A stretch of DNA of 44,658 nucleotides, from the NCBI RefSeq assembly GCF_000181795.1, contig NW_003526941.1:7987954-8032611 (forward strand), given 5' to 3'. The stretch comes from Trichinella spiralis. Taxonomy: Eukaryota. Positions within the stretch are counted from its first letter, which is position 1, and each line of letters opens with the position of its first letter. Shown here piece after piece: positions 38,581 to 44,658 of this stretch. The position numbers were made by a program, and so were the translations under genes. The notes below the pieces were generated by a model. The model made no database searches and had not been told where the DNA came from. It saw only the letters and a list, made by a program, of their open reading frames with translations.

Positions 38581-39769
38581 TGAAGTATATACCAGTTCAC
38601 TCTGCGAGCTCCAACCATCCAACCACTATACAACGGCTTTGTATTTCTTCTTCTTCTTCTTCTTAGCTACATCATGTATATACATTCTCGATCATATATA
38701 CTACTTACATGTAACATTTTTTAAAATCAATATGCTTGTACAATACATGTACAGATTAGGTCGTTTCATTGCGTTTGTTTGTTTTTTATCTTGTTGTTAT
38801 CGAGCGGTGGTTTTATTTTTTATATTATTTTTTGATATCAAACTGAACATGTTTAGCTTAAACAACCACGAATACTTTTTTAAGCAAAGCCATCAACACC
38901 AACTGCTAGTGTACAAGTTTTTGAAACGTTTTGCAAAGAGCAAAGCGAAAAGATGTTGCATTACGATAAAACAAAAAGAGTTGCATTCAAATAAATGTTG
39001 TCATGCGATGTTGATGATGCTATTTTTGAAAAGAGCAAAACAGCGAAACTGCGGACTGAAAAATAACAAGGTAAGATACAGTTTTTAGTACATTTATTGA
39101 TTTATGCATGATTTTGCTTTCTCCCATTGCAAATTCAATCTTTTCAACTTGCTCCTAGACGGACTTTCTTGATTGCATTCGTCCGTTTCATTTTTCTCTT
39201 CCATTTCTTTGGAAAGCAATAATAAATATTTTGTTCAAGTACATTTTCTTGCAGTCCATTATTGTTGTTCTACTGAAAGAATTTTCCAAATTCGTCATGT
39301 CATTCATATTCATGCAATTTTACTACTCTTTTATTGTTTGTATCTTTTCTTATTCAACGTTTTCCTGCTTTCTGTTCAACGCTCTTATAACAAGATTGAA
39401 TCAATATTTATGCAAATTTATTAACAATTGAAGTTTTTTTATCAAATTGATGACAAGTTAAATTTTAAGAAATTTTTCATTACGAAAAATTATCAACAAG
39501 ATTTTGTCAACCGGTCAATAGGTCAATAGTGATCAATATTTGGAAAAGAACCACAAAAAAGTGTAAAGCGAGTGCATTTTATTGTTAATGTGAAACCACA
39601 TGCCAAAGAGAAAACCTGCAAGTACAAACAAGAAAACAATACTTTTTCCACGCAGTTGTCTGTTTGCTCGTAAATTTCTTTCTCTCTTTCCACTTCAGCA
39701 GCGACTACGAAAACTTTAAAATGTAAGCTTACTTCTGATTGATGTTATTATTTTTCATTCATATCAGTC

Positions 39770-42117
39770 ATGATTGTGCAAAGTTTGATTTACGTTGTTG
39801 CGTCTGTTTTCCAATTTCAGGTACAACTTTCCAATTCAGAGGTGTATATCTCTACCTCTGATGAGGATAATCAAAAAAATTCGACTGATAAATATTCACC
39901 GGCACAAAACAACAGCACATGGACAGAAATTTTTATCATTGATATGGACGAAAAGTTCTCATATTTGGGAATGACTTGCCAGAACAACTCGACCTGTGCA
40001 AGCATTCCAAACTCATATTGTACAGATAAATTTACTTGTCAGTGTCGACCAAATTTTTTACCACGTTCCAACAGCGCTTGTATACTAGGTAATTTGAAGA
40101 AATTTCATTTTAAGTTTAAATTTTTTTTCCAATATAATTTTCTATAGCTCCAACATATGGTCAAATTTGTTCTCCCGAACTGTCAACATTTGCATGCCGT
40201 CCACCATTTGTATGCAATTCAAACAGCCTTTGCGACTGCCCTCAGTCGCATGAGATCTTTGCATATGGTTGCTTGAAACGTACGTTCATTCATTCATTCA
40301 TTTATTTGTATTGGATTCGTTTTGTTGACATTTTAACTCGAAAAATCTTTATTTCTTTCCATTAAAAGGCTGTCAACCTGGCTACGTAGCAGTGAAAGAA
40401 AAATGTTTCAAAGGTAACGTATAAGTAAACTTCTTACAGAATCAAAATTTTCGTTCAGAACAAAGAAAATCTTTAGTCGAAGTGTATTTATTACTTTTAC
40501 TTTGTACAACACTTAACATTAAAAATGCAATGTTTGAGGAAAGCAGCTAAATGAGAGTTGCGAAGTAGAAGGCCAGTGTTTGTGCAACTATTGCAATTGC
40601 AAAGAGGGCACTTGTCAGTGTATCGAAGGTGCGGAATCGAAGCACAATCTTTGCACATACAGCGGTATTTTATATCAATAACGATATTGTAAACTGTTAT
40701 TTTAAAAATAAGCCCTAATAATTAATACAATAGATAATTCATGTCTAATTGGCCAACCTGCAGTGGATGAAAATTTTCAGCTTCTGCGTTGCAGTCCAAC
40801 TGATGATTGTCCAGAGCATTATATTTGTACTGCTACAAATGAAACGGGCATATGTTGTCCAGGTAATGTGACATTTGCTACTGATTTGCATTCATTTTTC
40901 TAAACTAGAATAATTCACACACGCACACACACACTTTATAATAAAATTGCAGCAATCAACTGTCCAGTAGGAGAAGCGCTTTTGAATTACAGCTGCCATA
41001 ACTGCCCTTCTGAAACGCATTTCTGTCACGTCACTACATTTGGAGTCAATGATATGTCATTGTGTTGCCCGAAAGGTTTGATAAACTTTCACATTGTGAT
41101 TCAATAGAATTCAGCATAGAACTTTTAGCTTGTCCATCAAAAACACCTGTTTATGTTGGGGGAAAATGTTTTCAAAGTAAGGTTTATTTGTGTTCGAAAT
41201 TAGTATTCTATTCACGTTCGTGTAATTTTATTATTGTATTGCTAAATGCTGGTCGCAATTTGTGCAGCTAGAATGTTTGGACAAAGCTGTGAACACACAA
41301 TGCAATGTTCAACTTGGGATGCAATTTGTGAAATCGATGCTGATCATGTTAAAAAGTGCCTTTGCAAGGAAAAGAAATACAATAGTGACATCAACGCATG
41401 TGTTCGTGGTAAGTGCATTTTGAAATGCTTGCAACTAGCCTAATCTATAAACGCTTTTCCAAAAATTTCCTCAGAAGCACAACTAGGTGATTCGTGTAAT
41501 ATAACAGAAGAATGTGTGGAAAATGCAAATATTATCTGTTTGGACGGAAGATGTCAGTGTTATCCTGGCTATATTGCGCAGCCTGTTCGACAAAACAAAT
41601 CCGAAGCTTCAAGTTGTTGTATTTTAAGTGAGTTTCGGTCTTTTCAGAATATCATTTTTCAAATTTTCCAAACTCTAGAACCAGTATGCCCAACAAAGAA
41701 CGGTTTTCAATATTTGGATCACTTTGTTTTTTGTGAATTTGACGACAATCAGTGCTCTACCAACGAATATTGCCGAATAAATGAAATGAGACCAAACGAA
41801 ACAATTTCTGTGTGTTGTCCAAAGCCAAGTAGGTTCAAGTGGATTTATTTTATTTTAATTTCCAATCATGCAGTCACTCCAATCATTAAGCATTGGAAGA
41901 TTTTGAAGCACTGTGCGCCTACTGGCGCATGCATTTGTACTACGAAAACGAAGAAGAAAAAGAAATATTTCACTGTACGTTGCAGCATTTCGACGACACT
42001 GTCCTCCGGAGGCAAAAAAGCGTCTACGCCTCATGCCCACCAGGCTCACACTGCATTTGGAATTATTATAATTCAAGTAACCTAAACGATGGTTTATGTT
42101 GTACCGTACTTGTGTAA
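39770..42117 (+). CDS. Cysteine-rich extracellular protein with EB-module and lustrin/WR1-like repeats
   Basis: Repeated exon units GMTCQNNSTC...CQCRPNF, LNESCEVEGQC...CQC, FGQSCEHTMQC, LGDSCNITEEC...CQCYPGY, plus C..CP..C..G.CC units. Hydrophobic N-terminus, many NxS/T sites, about 11 exons, stop at 42115-42117. Confidence 0.82.
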
Positions 42118-44179
42118 AACAGAATAACATCACACATTCTCCATATGAATTGTGAATTTTCAAACTTGTATTTGAAGCTTTTTCTCTAATCTTCTTCTAG
42201 TGCTTTTTTGTTTCCAACGAAACTATGTTTGCGTAACACCAGTAGACAGATGTTTTTTTGAATGGTAAAACAATACCAAAGGTATGGAATTAGACATATT
42301 TTTTATACGATGATGGTTTATTTGTTTAAACTTAACGGTGATGAATTTGTTTTCAAATTTAATACAGTACATGGTAGTTTATTCTTTTTATCATTAATTG
42401 AGCAAGACCATGGTTTGCCCTTGCAATTTAAAGATATCACGTCAGAATTGTTTGTTTTGCGGTCGATTATATTGTTGTTCGCTCTACTCTATGCAAATTC
42501 TTTCATGATAAATAAGTGATTTGTTGAGGAACGTTAGCACGCATTGTTAGTGTACTAATCCATGTTTGAAAGTATCCTGGAAAGTAAATGTGAAAAATAT
42601 GAAGAAAATTTTATTCACTGAATGAGCGTTACTCGTATGTTTTGCCGATTTGTTTCTTTTGCACGTAGTAACTTTAGTTATTTTCTGTATACATATACAT
42701 ATACATATATAAATGTTACTCTAATTCAGGTTGCAGTACATATATTTTTGCGTATTTGAAGTTGTAGCACGTTCTCAATTTTGTGCTGTAAACATTACTG
42801 GTGGTGAAATTTTTATACCTTTCTTTTTCGTTCTTCTCATGGGATCGTCGACATCATTCATCATTACGTAAGTAATATATAAATTTATTGTTCTTTATGC
42901 CTTTACTATTATGAAAAACCATAATTTTGAACAAACGCTCCGTACAATATCTATTTGACTGTGTTATTTCTATCTCTTCGACATCTTTTATGAACACCGG
43001 GTTTTCAATTCAACAATTCATTAGTACAATCAGCTTTTCATGTATGAGGAAACCACAGTACAGGTTTCAAAAATGGTATCTTATGAGATTTCCGGCAGAG
43101 CCATTCCTACTTTCCTATTTGCAATTCAAATCTTTTTGCAGTGACCATTCTTCAAATGTCGCTTTTGAAGCAATCAATAATGAATGAACAGAAACTGTGA
43201 TAAGGCTAATTGCAGAAATGCATATGCAGAAATTTACTGTGCTTTCTCAAGAAGAAACCTTTTACAGCTTGCCATCAAATACTTCATTAAATAAATTAAA
43301 AATTCAAATTCATAAGAAATAAATTAAGCGCTGAAATCAAATTTTCATTATATTTTATCAAGGTATCTAACGTGTAAATTGGAACCGTGCAGTCGACATT
43401 CATACTCTAACATTTTATCGTTAATGTATCATTATTGAGCCAATGAAAGAAAAATTCACCATTTCACAGTAAAATACAGTGATCAATTTTATTCCAATGA
43501 TAAAACTTGATAAAGTAATTAATGTAATTTTATTATTTAAATTATTTTAGATAAAAAGGAAAAATACACGTCTAAAAAATATTGCCTGATTTGATTTGAT
43601 GATTAATTATGAGAAAGTGGATTGTGAATATTTCAGAAATACGGTAGTAGGGTTGGTGGAATGTAATTTTCACTTTAGCGCTATTAACAGCTGTTGATTT
43701 TTGAAGCGGTTTTTGCTCAGTTAGTTCTTTGCATGGGAAAAATTCAATTTCATAATTGTTGCCCAAGTTTGTGCTTGTAGAACGTGAGGCAATTTGATTC
43801 GACTCGTGACTTGTGAGCTAATCATTTCGCAAAGTTGCCATTGCTCAGTTGATTAGCTTGTTCAGTTTTTGAAGAAACAAACGCTTTTCTCAGTTAGCAG
43901 ATGTAGAAGAACAAATTTGCCACAGTGCTAGGCAAGAACAGATCAATTGGACAATAATTGAACGTAAGGAATTTTTACAAAATGCTCTGATTTGCGGATG
44001 ACAAATCAGGCTTGTCGTCTGGATGTCGGTTTCTGCGAGCTGGTCAACGTTTCAAATAGCCAACGGCAGCTTTTGCAAATCGCCAACGCGGACAAGTAGG
44101 GCGGCATCGATTGGTTCAACGCAAACGGCAGCAAATTCAATCAAATGGGCGAAAAGCGCATGATTGGGGAGTCGATAAG

Positions 44180-44225
44180 CAGCACAGCAGCGGCGGCAGC
44201 AGCAGTAGCAGTAGCAGTAACAGCA
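44180..44225. repeat. (GCA/GCG/GTA)n trinucleotide-like repeat
   Basis: cagcacagcagcggcggcagcagcagtagcagtagcagtaacagca read directly. Confidence 0.85.
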
Positions 44226-44405
44226 TTAGTTAGCATTAGCTTTATAGCAGAAACAGCGGCTCCGGCAGAGAGGAAAAAGAAATTCATAGCCAGGCAAGAC
44301 AAGCAGCACAAACTGACTGACAAGAGATAGACAGATAGAAAGTTGAGTGAAAAAAAATTATCTGCTTTTTTCTTGTTGCTTTACATCTGCTTCGGTGATT
44401 TGATT

Positions 44406-44658
44406 ATGGTGGTGAGCTTTTCTACGTTGTTCCATTCGTTGCCGAAATGGCGTCCGGGGCGACGACGCCAGCAAAAATGGACCCCAAAGCTTTCGAAAGA
44501 TGAACAACAACTGGACTGGCAATATCCCTGGCTGGAGGCAGCTTGTCAAAACACTGTCGAAACTAATCGTTCAGCGTGGCCTCGACAAATGAACCACCTT
44601 TGGCCGTTTGAACAGAAATTATACGATCCGTTGTACAACGCTTCGATGACAGGAAGTG
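44406..44658 (+). CDS. Probable 5' end of an unidentified protein-coding gene (runs off window)
   Basis: ATG at 44406 opens 84 stop-free codons to the window end (MVVSFSTLFHSLPKWRPGRRRQQKWTPKLSKDEQQLDWQYPWLEAACQN...), with coding-like GC. Absent from the ORF track because no stop lies in the window. No family recognised. Confidence 0.5.
   Translation, partial: MVVSFSTLFHSLPKWRPGRRRQQKWTPKLSKDEQQLDWQYPWLEAACQNTVETNRSAWPRQMNHLWPFEQKLYDPLYNASMTGS

Noticed and set aside
38510..39088. 192-aa ORF
   Set aside because: It spans the N gap, is low-complexity, starts at a non-ATG codon and shows no recognisable domain.
1..44658. CRISPR array, prokaryotic defence or mobile system, transposon, tRNA or rRNA
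   Set aside because: No spaced direct repeats, transposase or reverse transcriptase motifs, cloverleafs or rRNA-like segments were seen; all recognised genes are spliced eukaryotic genes.

Overview
AT-rich, intron-dense eukaryotic genomic DNA, with no sign of prokaryotic or viral sequence. It is most likely a nematode: the U2AF35 has a nematode-type '[11 protein letters not shown]' motif and an EB-module protein is present. The compact layout, 50-80 nt introns and non-TTTCAG acceptors suggest a Trichinella-like clade I species (inference). Bases 1-26,100 hold 13 tightly packed spliced genes: U2AF35 (partial), Bicaudal-C-like, eIF2B-delta, RFT1, proteasome beta-1, NME5-like, EMC3, UXT, NPRL3, CPT2, NDUFAF3, cytochrome b561 D-type and a short ULK-like kinase. 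Several sit in operon-like runs. A ~9.6 kb non-coding interval follows and contains a strong CTCF-type motif. After it come deoxyhypusine synthase, an assembly gap, a cysteine-rich EB-module protein and the start of an unidentified ORF. No CRISPR, rRNA, tRNA or transposon was recognised, and I found no clear-cut novel system. The best leads are a possible splicing-autoregulation design in U2AF35 intron 3, an NME5 in a phylum without motile cilia, a four-gene operon candidate, the CTCF-like site and a KH-degenerate Bicaudal-C. All gene models were built by hand and homologies are recalled from memory, not from database searches.
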